A DNA stretch of 64,000 nucleotides. It comes from an uncultured bacterium (GTDB lineage Bacteria; Acidobacteriota; Thermoanaerobaculia; Multivoradales; JAHZIX01). Positions 1 to 10,400 of this stretch are shown here, piece by piece. The translations under genes and the position numbers were made by a program. The first letter of the stretch is position 1, and each line of letters opens with the position of its first letter. Where the stretch lies: NCBI GenBank assembly GCA_965368975.1, contig CBDUPA010000011.1, forward strand, positions 32,001-96,000, given 5' to 3'. Below the pieces are notes generated by a model that saw only the letters and a program-made list of their open reading frames with translations, had not been told where the DNA came from and ran no database searches.

Positions 1-1
1 G

Positions 2-1078
2 TTCCTGCAGCCGGTGCTCGAGCAGCAGGTGGAGGCCGGCTTCGAGCTCGGCCCGCGCTCCGAGCTGGCCGGCGAGGTGGCCGAGTTGTTGTGCGGCCTC
101 ACCGGTATGGAGCGCGCTGCCTTCACCAACTCCGGCACCGAAGCGGTGATGACCGCCTTGCGTCTGGCGCGCGCCGCCACCGGTCGCGAGAAAATCGCCC
201 TCTTTGCCGGCTCCTACCACGGCCACTCGGACGGCACCCTCATCCGCAGCCAGCGGATCGACGGCCAGTTGCGCTCCTTCCCGGTGGCTCCGGGCGTCCC
301 GGCCCACGTCGCTGAGGACGTCTTGGTACTCGACTACGGGGAGCCACAGGCCCTGGAGGATATCCGCCAGCACGCGGGCGAACTGGCGGCGGTGCTGGTC
401 GAGCCGGTGCAGAGCCGGCGGCCGGACCTGCAACCGCGCGAGTTCCTGCAGCAACTGCGCGACCTGACGCGCGAGAACGGCATCGCCCTGATCTTCGACG
501 AGATGATCACCGGCTTTCGCTATCACCTGGGCGGGGCCCAGGCGTGGTTCGGCATCGACGCCGACCTGGCCACCTACGGCAAGGTGATCGGCGGCGGTCT
601 GCCGCTCGGCGCGGTCGCCGGCAAGGCCGACTTCATGGACGGTATCGACGGTGGCATGTGGCACTACGGCGACGACTCGGTGCCCGAGCGCGACACCACC
701 TTTTTCGGCGGCACCTACTGCCAGCACCCCCTGGCCATGGCCAGCGGCCGCGCGACCTTGCTCTACCTGCGCGAGCAGGGGCCGCAGCTGCAAGCACGAC
801 TCAACGAGCGCACCGGCCGCTTTGCCGCTGACCTCAACGAGTTCTTCCAGCAAGAGGGCTACCCGATCCACATCGCACAGTGCAGCTCGCTGTTCCGCTT
901 CACCTACACGGCGGACGCTGAGTTGCTCTTCTACCACCTGGTGGAAAAGGGCATCTACGTCTGGGAGTGGCGCAACTGCTTCTTCTCGACCGCCCACACC
1001 AAGGAGGACTTCCAGCGCGTTGACGCGGCGATCCGTGAGAGCGTCGCCGAGCTGCGCAAGGCGGCGTACTTGCCCTAG
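2..1078 (+). CDS. Class III (glutamate-semialdehyde-like) PLP aminotransferase, 5'-truncated by the window; resembles the AMT domain of PKS/NRPS hybrids
   Basis: Frame open from position 2; motifs NSGTEAVM, GSYHGH, LVEPVQSRRP, LIFDEMITGFR, ATYGKVIGGGLP, TTFFGGT. Confidence 0.85.
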   Translation, partial: FLQPVLEQQVEAGFELGPRSELAGEVAELLCGLTGMERAAFTNSGTEAVMTALRLARAATGREKIALFAGSYHGHSDGTLIRSQRIDGQLRSFPVAPGVPAHVAEDVLVLDYGEPQALEDIRQHAGELAAVLVEPVQSRRPDLQPREFLQQLRDLTRENGIALIFDEMITGFRYHLGGAQAWFGIDADLATYGKVIGGGLPLGAVAGKADFMDGIDGGMWHYGDDSVPERDTTFFGGTYCQHPLAMASGRATLLYLREQGPQLQARLNERTGRFAADLNEFFQQEGYPIHIAQCSSLFRFTYTADAELLFYHLVEKGIYVWEWRNCFFSTAHTKEDFQRVDAAIRESVAELRKAAYLP

Positions 1079-1131
1079 CCGACCTGCCAGAGGCAGCGGA
1101 CGGCAAGGCGCCAGACAAGCGGAGACTCGAC

Positions 1132-3366
1132 ATGTCCCAGTGGTATAGCCTGCGCGGCCTCGCGATCGCCGTCGTTCTGCTCGTGACGATAAGCGCCGTC
1201 GGGCTCCGCGCTCAATCTGCGGAACCCAGCCGCGAATTTGGAGAGCCTCGGCCTCGGATCGCGTTGGCGCTTTCGGGCGGTGGCGCCCTGGGCATGGCTC
1301 ACGTCGGTGTTCTCTCGGTACTGGAAGAGCTGCGGATACCGCTGGACTGCATTGCCGGTACCAGCATGGGTGCCCTGGTCGGCGGACTGTATGCGACGGG
1401 CATCCCCGCGGCTGGTCTGGAAGGCCTGATCGGAGCCCAGGATTGGGCGGATATGTTCAGCGATCGCAGTGAGTATCGGGATCTGCCCTTCCGCCGCAAA
1501 GAAGACGAGAACCGGTACCTGGTAGATCTACAACTCGGCCTGAGTCGCGAAGGCGTGACCCTGCCCAGCGGTCTGATCACGGGCCAAGATCTGACCTTCC
1601 TGCTGCAGCGCTACAGCCTGCCGGTGGTCGAGGTGGACGACTTCTCACGCCTGCCGATCCCGTTTGTGGCCGTTGCCACCGACCTGGAAACCGGCGAAGC
1701 CGTGCTGTTGACCGGCGGTGATCTAGCAACCGCGGTGCGTGCCAGCATGTCGATCCCCGGTCTTCTCTCGCCGGTGGAATGGAAAGGTCGTCTGCTGGTG
1801 GATGGCGGCGTGGCCAACAATCTGCCGGTGCGAGAGGCGCGGCGACTGTGCGACGCCGACGTGGTGATCGCCGTCGACGTCACGCAACCACTGGCCGACC
1901 GCGAGCATCTGACCACGCAGATGGAGATCTCGTCCCAGACGCTCGCCTTCCTCACCCGGAGCGAGGTAGACCGCCAACTGCAGCACGCGGATATCGTGAT
2001 CGCTCCGCAGGTCGAAGCCTATGGCCTCTTCAGCTTTCCCGACGCGCCTGCGATTGTCGCCGCGGGCGTCGCAGCGGCGCAGGCACAGCTACCGGAGTTG
2101 GCCCAGCTGAGCCTGTCGGAACCGGACTTCGCCGCTCACCGCCTCGGGCAGCGCCGTCCGCCTCCTCCGCGTATCGTTCCGTCCTACATCCGTTTTGCAG
2201 GTAGTCGTCGCGTCGACGAACGCACCCTGCGAAGGCAGATCCGCAGTCGCGTCGCGGAGCCGCTGGACCTGGAGGTTTTGCGTGATGACCTGGGACGCCT
2301 CTACAACCTGAACGAATTCCAGCGCGTCACGTTCCGTGTGGAAGAAGATGCCGGCGAGGTGGGGTTGGTCTTCGAGCTGCAGGACAAGGAACTGGGTACC
2401 GCCTACTTGCAGTTTGGTGTCGCGATGTACAGTGACCTGCATGGAGAGACCGGCGTCACCGCGACGTTCAACGTCACGCGCACACGGGTGAACCGGTACG
2501 ACGCCGAGTGGCGCACGGATCTGCAAGTCGGCGACACCCACGGCCTGTTCAGCGAGTTGCACCAGCCTCTGGGCTACGGCAGCCCGTTCTTCGTCGCTCC
2601 CTGGGTCGAGGTTTCGCAGCAGCTAGTGCCGATCTTCGAGGGCGATCAGCGCATCGCCGAGTACGACCTGGAGCGCTACTTCACGGGCTTCGACGCCGGC
2701 CTGAGCCTGGGCCCGATCGGCGAAGTGCGGGGCGGCCTGGTGCGTGGCAGAGCCAAGGCCAAGGCGGCCACCGGCGCCGTCGATCTACCTGCCTTCGACG
2801 TCCAGGTCGGCGGCCTTCGGCTCGGGCTGAGCATCGACGACCTGGATCGTCCCACCTTCGCGGGGGAAGGCTGGGCGCTGTCGGGACGCTTTTTCAGCTC
2901 GCGCTCGGAGTTGGGCGCCGACGACGAGTACGAGACCCTGGAGGTCGCAGTTGCGAGCTTTGCCAGCAGGGGGGATCACACCCTCAGCCTGATCCTCGGT
3001 GGCGGCAGTGACTTCGACAGCGGCACGCCGTTCTACGACTGGTTCTCGGGCGGTGGCGCTGGCGACTTCGCCGGCTTCGCCCAGGGCCAGTTACTCGGTC
3101 GGGTCTATGCCAAGGCGAGGCTGCTCTACTACTACCGGCTGTTCTCTCTGTCTCCCACTTTCGGGCGCGGTGTCTACACGGGTCTGTTGCTGGACATCGG
3201 CGACTACTGGTCGGATCACGACGCCGTCGACTTCAACGACCTGCGTACCGGCACCGGTGTTTTCATCGGCGCCGATACCGTCATGGGGCCGTTGTTGCTG
3301 GGCTATGGCCGCACGAACAGCGGTGAGGACGAGTTCTACTTCACCATCGGTCAGCCGCTCGGCTGA
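1132..3366 (+). CDS. Patatin-like phospholipase fused to POTRA/Omp85 beta-barrel (PlpD-like, type Vd)
   Basis: Signal peptide; LSGGGALG, GTSMG (GxSxG) and DGG patatin motifs; C-terminal barrel strands ending FYFTIGQPLG. Confidence 0.88.
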   Translation: MSQWYSLRGLAIAVVLLVTISAVGLRAQSAEPSREFGEPRPRIALALSGGGALGMAHVGVLSVLEELRIPLDCIAGTSMGALVGGLYATGIPAAGLEGLIGAQDWADMFSDRSEYRDLPFRRKEDENRYLVDLQLGLSREGVTLPSGLITGQDLTFLLQRYSLPVVEVDDFSRLPIPFVAVATDLETGEAVLLTGGDLATAVRASMSIPGLLSPVEWKGRLLVDGGVANNLPVREARRLCDADVVIAVDVTQPLADREHLTTQMEISSQTLAFLTRSEVDRQLQHADIVIAPQVEAYGLFSFPDAPAIVAAGVAAAQAQLPELAQLSLSEPDFAAHRLGQRRPPPPRIVPSYIRFAGSRRVDERTLRRQIRSRVAEPLDLEVLRDDLGRLYNLNEFQRVTFRVEEDAGEVGLVFELQDKELGTAYLQFGVAMYSDLHGETGVTATFNVTRTRVNRYDAEWRTDLQVGDTHGLFSELHQPLGYGSPFFVAPWVEVSQQLVPIFEGDQRIAEYDLERYFTGFDAGLSLGPIGEVRGGLVRGRAKAKAATGAVDLPAFDVQVGGLRLGLSIDDLDRPTFAGEGWALSGRFFSSRSELGADDEYETLEVAVASFASRGDHTLSLILGGGSDFDSGTPFYDWFSGGGAGDFAGFAQGQLLGRVYAKARLLYYYRLFSLSPTFGRGVYTGLLLDIGDYWSDHDAVDFNDLRTGTGVFIGADTVMGPLLLGYGRTNSGEDEFYFTIGQPLG

Positions 3367-3373
3367 GCGAGAG

Positions 3374-4411
3374 TTACTTCTGGCGGTCCCCGTACCGCAT
3401 CTCGAAGCTGACCCCGAACTGCAACGACTCGCGCCGCACCTCGTCTGGATCGCGCGGCCAGGTCATGCCGGCGTAGCCTTCGACGAAAAACCACTCCCGC
3501 AACCAACGCTGGCGGTAAATTGCCCGCACCGTGTAGCGCCCCACGTTCACCGGCACATCCGTCTCGCCGCGGATCGAAGCCTGGTATGCCATCGCCCTTT
3601 CGCCGCCAAGGTTCTGGTAGAGCGTGAAGGCGGTCAACCAGTCGACACCGCGCGTCGATTCGGACCAGGTGCCATAGTTGGCCCAGCGCAGCAGCAGGTT
3701 CGGCGTCAAGACCTGCTCGACATCCGTGTTGTGCGTCAGGCCGTACCCTTTCTGGTTGCGCCAGAACAGCGTGTTGCGCATGCGCACCAGGCGATAGTCC
3801 GTGAGAAACCACTGCCGCCGCCCGCGTACGCGCACGAAGGGATCGAGCGGCAGATCCAGCTTCACGCCGGCATCCACGTCCAGCGTCCGATTCTTGCGCT
3901 TGGCCGGACTGTAGCCGAGACCCACCAGCCATTCCTCTTCGCGGCTCGCGTCGAAGAAGTCGGGCAGCTGCTCCAGCTCTTCGCGCCCACGGTTGGCGGC
4001 AAAGTCGTCCTCGTCGTCGCGATTGATGAACGCGCGCCATCGCTTCTCGGCCCGTGGTAGGTAGAGCTGCGCGTCGAGATCGATGTCCAGGTCGACGTTG
4101 TCGTCCTCGTCCCAGGCGACTCCGGCGGTCAAGCGGCCGTAGTTTTGCTCCAGCTCGGAGTCGTAGCGCTCGTCACCGAAGAAACCGTCGAACCAGCGGC
4201 CGGTACGGCAGGCGGAGCGGTGCAGGCCGGTGCGGAAGGTATCGAGCCACACGTCGCGGCTAGGTGGTTTTGCCGTGCACGGCTCCAGCTCGGCCTCTTC
4301 CGGGGCTGGCGCCTCTGGCGAAGGGGTGGGCTCCTCGCCGGGTTGATCGTTGGCGGCGAGGCAGAGCGGCAGGAGTAGGGCGCAGGTGAGTAGGAACGAT
4401 GCGCGGTCCAT
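3374..4411 (-). CDS. Secreted hypothetical protein, probable outer-membrane beta-barrel
   Basis: ATG at 4411, signal peptide, amphipathic aromatic-rich strands, ends FGVSFEMRYG. Confidence 0.7.
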   Translation of the reverse strand: MDRASFLLTCALLLPLCLAANDQPGEEPTPSPEAPAPEEAELEPCTAKPPSRDVWLDTFRTGLHRSACRTGRWFDGFFGDERYDSELEQNYGRLTAGVAWDEDDNVDLDIDLDAQLYLPRAEKRWRAFINRDDEDDFAANRGREELEQLPDFFDASREEEWLVGLGYSPAKRKNRTLDVDAGVKLDLPLDPFVRVRGRRQWFLTDYRLVRMRNTLFWRNQKGYGLTHNTDVEQVLTPNLLLRWANYGTWSESTRGVDWLTAFTLYQNLGGERAMAYQASIRGETDVPVNVGRYTVRAIYRQRWLREWFFVEGYAGMTWPRDPDEVRRESLQFGVSFEMRYGDRQK

Positions 4412-4463
4412 GAGCACAGCATAGCGTAGCAGGGGGGCCCGGCCTCCATCTCACGCCCCAGGA

Positions 4464-7400
4464 TCACGGAGCGTTCAGCCACCAGTAGTAGCTCACCGAG
4501 ATGCCGAACGAGTACTTGCTCTCCGGCCGGCCGATGGTACCTACGAACCTTGGAGTGTAGGCGCGCAGCCCATGACTGACGTGCGGTTCGGCCCCCCTGC
4601 ACGGAGGAGGAATACTTCGCTCCGGCCTGCCCGTACTCGGATCAGCACAGTAAGTGATCGTCGGTGACCAGGCCGCGGTGACTTGGGTTTCTGCCTGGGA
4701 GGAGCCTGACGCCGAGCTCCGCCCCTTCCGCCCATAGCCCTTTGGTCCAGGGGCAATGAGACGGTAGAAACCTCCGATTCCGCGTCTGCCAACCAAGGCG
4801 GCCGTCTTGTTGATGCCTGAGGTCAAAGCCTGGTTGATCTTCGTACCGAGCCAGCTAGGGCCGTTGAAGTTGACACCGAAGAAATAGCCAGAGTAGTCGT
4901 CGGGTGAAGGCGTGTCCCACACCAGGCCCAACGCTGTGCCGCCGGTCAGGTTGAAATTGCTGACCCCACTGTTCAGGGAAGACGAGAAATAGCCGTAGGT
5001 GGCAGTGCCAGCCCCGCCTCTGAACTTGAGACTCTCGACCCCGATACCGAGTCCCACCGCTCCCGCTCCGAAGCCGGTCTCCCCTGCGAAGCCCGAGTAG
5101 AATGCATCGAGCCGCTGATGCTCCTGGAAGGCCACGGTCAAACCAAACCCGGTGTGCAGCGCGGCAGAGAAGCTGCCGAAGCTCTTGGCGCTGGCTCTGA
5201 CCGCCAGCGCGACGTGAATGGTGCCCACGATCGCGAAGGCGACGGTGATCTTCTGGATCGTGGTGAGCCGACCGTCACGGTCGACTCGATTGATGGGGTC
5301 ACCGTAGGTATATACGTACCGGTTGAGCGATCGCGAGTCCTGCAGGTCGGCCTCCGCTCCGTCGGGTTGTGTGAAGCGTGCAATCTCCGGCGAGTACCAG
5401 CGGTGGTGTAGGAACACCAGGCCGGTGGCCGCGTCCCGATACGCACCGAGGAAGTCGAGGTCCGTGCCGAGCTCTCCGTCGCGCACGCCGAAGGCACCAG
5501 CAGGGGTGTCGTCGACGACCGCGCCCGTGCTCGCCAGAGCTTGGACCGTGCCCAGGTGATCGGCCATGAGAGTACGGGTACCCAACCCTGCTTCAAACAT
5601 TTGCAGAGGACCGTCGTCACCGTAGTCGTAGTGGCGCAGGAGAGCGCCAGCGGCGTCGCGCGTTTCGATCAGGCGTGGGAACTGGCTGCTGACGCGGTCC
5701 CAGACGAAGTCGACTCGAACACCGTCCTGCTCTCGGCTGAGCAACAGCCCGTCGATGGCGTAGCGATAGTCGACGACGGTCGGCGATGGGCCGGACCGTT
5801 CGAAGCGCGTCAGGCGTTTCTGGCTGTCGTAGATGAACGACTCGGTGGATGTGCCATCGCTCCGAGACGTCAGGCTGCCGTTGTCGTCCCAACCGTAGGT
5901 CCAAGTGCCATCCTGGAGCAGCCGGTCGTTGGCGTCGTAGGCGAGGGCGTGAGTACCGGAGGGAGCAGTGAGCGAGATCAGGTTGCCTCCGGCGTCGTAC
6001 GCGTAGCGCTTCACGCTCGTCGAACCGCCGTTGGATGTGGTTTCCTCCTGCAGCCGCCCCATGGCGTCGTAGACGTAGGAAACGGCTCGGCCCGGGGATT
6101 CTTGAAAGCCCGAAATCTGCCCGTTGGTGTCGTAGCTGTAGGTGATCCGGCGGATAGAGCTTCCCGAAGGCGACTGGTAGTCGAGACTGAGGACTCTGTC
6201 CGCGATGTCGTAACTGCGCAGGACGCTGCTGCTGTCGGGCATGTCCACTTGCAGAGGGCGGCCGCCGTCGTCGCGCGTCCAGGTCGTGGTGCCTTCTGGG
6301 CCGGTCTTCGATGCCAAGAAGCCACGCGCGTCGTAGAGGTAGGTCGTCGTGCCGCGCGGCGTGGTCATGGATGCCAAGCGTCCGGCGGCATCGAAGCCGT
6401 AACTGGTGACCGGTCCCCCGGCCGGCTCTCTCCAGCTGACCAACCGGCCCGCTGCGTCGTAGGTCATCTCGGTCGTGCCGTTGACGTCTGTCTTGGTGAG
6501 CAGGCGACCCATGTCGTCGAAGGTCGAGACTTCGGAACCGTCCGGGGCGCTGCGGGTGCTGGTGCGGTTGACGTCGTCGTAGTTCCATGTCGTCGTCGTG
6601 CCGTTGAAGTCGGTACAACTCGCCGGGCGCCCGTCACTGTCGTAGGTGCACTGCTCGGTTTGCCCCCCGGGCAGGGTGCGGCCGATCTCGCGTCCACGGG
6701 CGTCATGCAGGACGAGCGTAGTGTTGCCCCGCGGGTCGGTGACCCGGTCGAGGGAGCCGTCCGAGTCGTGGCTGTAGTGAGCGACGGAACCATCCGGTGC
6801 ATGGATCGTCGAGATTCTGCCCCCCGGCGAGTACTCGAGGCTCCATGGCAGACCGAAGAAGTCGGTGAAGGTCTCGAGTCGGCCGTTGGCGTCGTAGGTT
6901 CGGGATCGGGTAGCGCCGTCGGGGAAGGTGACGCGGGTCACCTGGCCGTTGCGGTCATGGTCGAAAGCGTAGGTGGTGCCGATGGGTCCTGTTGCCGAGG
7001 TGATCCGCCCTGCCGCGTCGTAGTTGGTCGTGATCCTGGCTCCGCCGGGCAGCTCGGTGGCGATGACACTGCCGTTGGCGTCGTAGGTGTAGGTCCGGGT
7101 ATTGCCGGCGCCGTTGCTCACCGATTGCAGCCGGCCGGCAGCGTCCCAGGTCTGGGACTTGGTCCCGCCTCCCAACACGGTGCTGGTGACCGAGCGGCCC
7201 AGTGCATCGTAGGCGCGGGTTACGATAAGTCCCTCCGGCAGGGTGGCCTCGAGGGCCCGGCCCTCGGCGTCATAATCGACCTGCGTGGCTGTTCGACCGG
7301 CGACGACGGCGCTCGCGGGCCGGCCCTGGGCGTCGCGTTGGAGGGACCACGCTCGCACCGGGTTGACCGCCCCGATCAGCTGGTTGTTGGCGTCGAAGGA

Positions 7401-10400
7401 CGTGGTGGCGATCTCGCCCAGCGGTGAGTCGAATTGCCGCAGATTGCCTTCCTCGTCGTAGTTGTAAGCCCAATCCACGGGCACCACACCGGCATCCGTG
7501 ACCAGTGTGCGGTGCTCGCCGATCAGCTGACCCCGGGCGTCGTTGTCGAGGGTGACGGTCACCCCTTCAGGGCCGGTCCAGGAGAGGGGGCGACCTTGGC
7601 CGTCGTAGGTGTAGGCGTCCACGGCGCCACTGGCATCGCGCATCTCGGTTACGTTTCCGGCCCCGTCGTAGCCCCACCGAGTGACGTTACCCTCGGGGTC
7701 GCGCGATGTCAGGCGATTGCCGCGCGAGTCGTAGGTGTTCACGATCTGCTCGCCCAGAGGGTTGGTGACCGTCAGCGGATTGCCGAGGTCGTCGTAGGTC
7801 GTCGAGCTCACCCTACCCATGGGGTCGGTGACCGTGAGTGGACGCCCCTGTGCATCGTAGGTCCAGCTGGTGACGTTGCCCAGCGGATCGGTGCGGGAGA
7901 GCTGATTGCCGAAGGTGTCGTACGACCGCAGCCACCGGTGGCCCAGTGCGTCGACGACGGCGGTGACATTGCCCAAGGCGTCGTACTCGAACACCGTGGT
8001 GTTCCCCAGCCGGTCCGTGACCTCCTCGCGCTGGCCCGCGATGTCGTGGGTGAAGACGACTTCCTTGCCATCCGCGTCCAACTGGCGGATCAACCGGCCG
8101 TCGGCGTCGTACTCGTTGCGCAGCGCGCGGTTGCCCAGGGGATCCTCGACGCGGAGCAAGTCATGCCGGGCTCCGTAGAAGAACCGCGTCGTATTGCCAC
8201 GGAAATCCGTCGCTGTGCTCAGGTCACCCACAGCCGAGTACGTGTAAGTGCGCTCGTTGCCCAGCGGGTCGGTCACCTTCACGATACGGTCCCGCGCGTC
8301 GCGCTCGAAGGCCACGCTGCTGCCGGAAGAATGGGTCAAGCCGCCGGCATCGAAGGCCAAGCTGTTGCCATTGCGATCCTCGATCAGGGTGACACCCGAC
8401 GGCCCGAACTCGATCCGCACATCGGTTTCCGTGGTGTAGCGGAACTGTTCCGGCACGAACAGCGAAAAGTCGCTGTCGTCGAGCAGCGATACGGCGCCCG
8501 GCTGCGCGTCCGCGATCCTCAGGAAGATACCGTCAGGTACCTCCAGGCGACCGCGGGTTCCCGGCAGGGGTTGGAAGCTGCCCGAGACGAAGGAGAACGG
8601 CACCAGTGGCGACACGGTCACGCTGGGCACGAAGTCGAACCTCTCGGCACGCTGTCCGGGAATCTGCACGGCACACCGATGCAGTCGAGTCGGCACCAGG
8701 CTGAAAGCGAGCCCGGATCGACCGACGAACCAGCCCTCGCCGAGGGGGTTGGTGCAGGTGAGCTCGACCGTCTGGAGTCCGAGGCGCCAACCAACGCCGA
8801 AGTCGCCTTGACGCTTGTCGCGGCTGTCGTAGGTGCGCGACACCGTGATCGGGATGCCAGAGAGCGGTACCTCGAGATCGGTGAAGTCCAGGGTGAAGTG
8901 GCCGATCTTCCGCTCACCGTCGACCTGGACGGTGACCTGGTCGATGGTCTGGTTGCCACCGGCGTCGAGAACGGTGAGCCGGAGTGCGTAGAGACCATTG
9001 AGCAGCAGCGTCGGATCGAGATCCCCCAGCTTGCCGCCGACGATCGGTGCCGTACCACCGCCGATGCCGGTGAACGTTTCCTCGCCCGCCGGCGAGATCG
9101 CCAGCTCGTAGCGCACCAGATTGGGATCGTTGGCCGTACCGAGAACCTCGATCGGACCGAAGACGCTTTCCCCATCCTGCGGCGAGGCGATCTCCACCGT
9201 CGGTGCGTCGTCGTCCGAGCCGTCGAAGTCGGTCACATTGACCATGGCTGTACCGACGACGGCATCCACGGTGGCCGTGATCTGCGCGGGTCCGGTGTTC
9301 GCAATGGCGATCAAGCGGCCACCGGGTGAGACTGTCGCCGTGGTGCTGTTGAGGCTCTGCCAGGTTGCAAGTGAGGTGGCTATCTGGCTGGTGCCATCGG
9401 CGAAGATGGCGTAGGCCTGGAGCTGAAAGGTCTCCCCGGCCAGCAAGTCGAGCATGTCGGGTCGAATGACGACCTGGGCGACCGGCTCGCTTCCGTCGAA
9501 ACCGTCACAGTCCTGGTCGATCCCGTCGCCCGCCGGATCAGGAGCACCGGGGAAGATGGTGTTGTCGCCGTCGTTGCAGTCGCCGCCGTTCTCGGTGAAG
9601 GTGTCGCCATCGTTGTCGACATCCTCCGGCGCGGGACCAAGAGAGATCACGAGATCGACCGCGTTGCCGAACTCGGTGACCGAACCACCGATCGGGGTCT
9701 GGGCGCTGACCGCACCCGCCGGAACCGTCGGGTGGAGGGTCTCCGACACCTTGCCCACCAGGAGATTCGCCGCCAGGATGTCCGCCTCGGCGGCCGCCTT
9801 CGGTAGGCCCACGACGTCGGGGGTGGTGACGGGATCACCGACTTCGAGATCCCACGACTGGTCGACGGCGAAACCAATGGTGTCGGTCGCCAGGAGGCTC
9901 ACCGGGAAGATGCCGTTGGTGTCCGGCAACCACCGCACCTCGCCGGTGACTGGATCGACGGTCATGCCGTCGGGTCCGGCGGTGAGGTGGAAGGTGACGG
10001 TGTCGCCGAGGTCCGGGTCGACCACGATCGGCGCGTAGGTGTACTGGAAACCGCGGGTGGTGAGCGCGTCCGGCTCGGTGAGGAAACGGGGCGGATTGCC
10101 GGCGGGCAGAATGTCGAGGGTCACGGTGGCGCCGCCCGAATCGAGCACGCCGTCGTTGGCGCGATAGGTGAACGTCTGCATCGTCCCGATCAGCGGATCC
10201 GGCTCCTGTTCGAGCAGGAAATAGCCGTTGCGGCCCGGCTGCAGCCAATGGGGCACGGGATTCGTCGGAATGGTCAGGTCCGGGTTGACCATCGCCTCGT
10301 TGAAGTTCCACTGGTTGCGATAAGGCGGCGCCGCCGGCAGCGGATTGGCCGCGCTTCCGGTCCAGACCCTCAGGTAGTCCGTTCCGAGCACGCTCCACGA

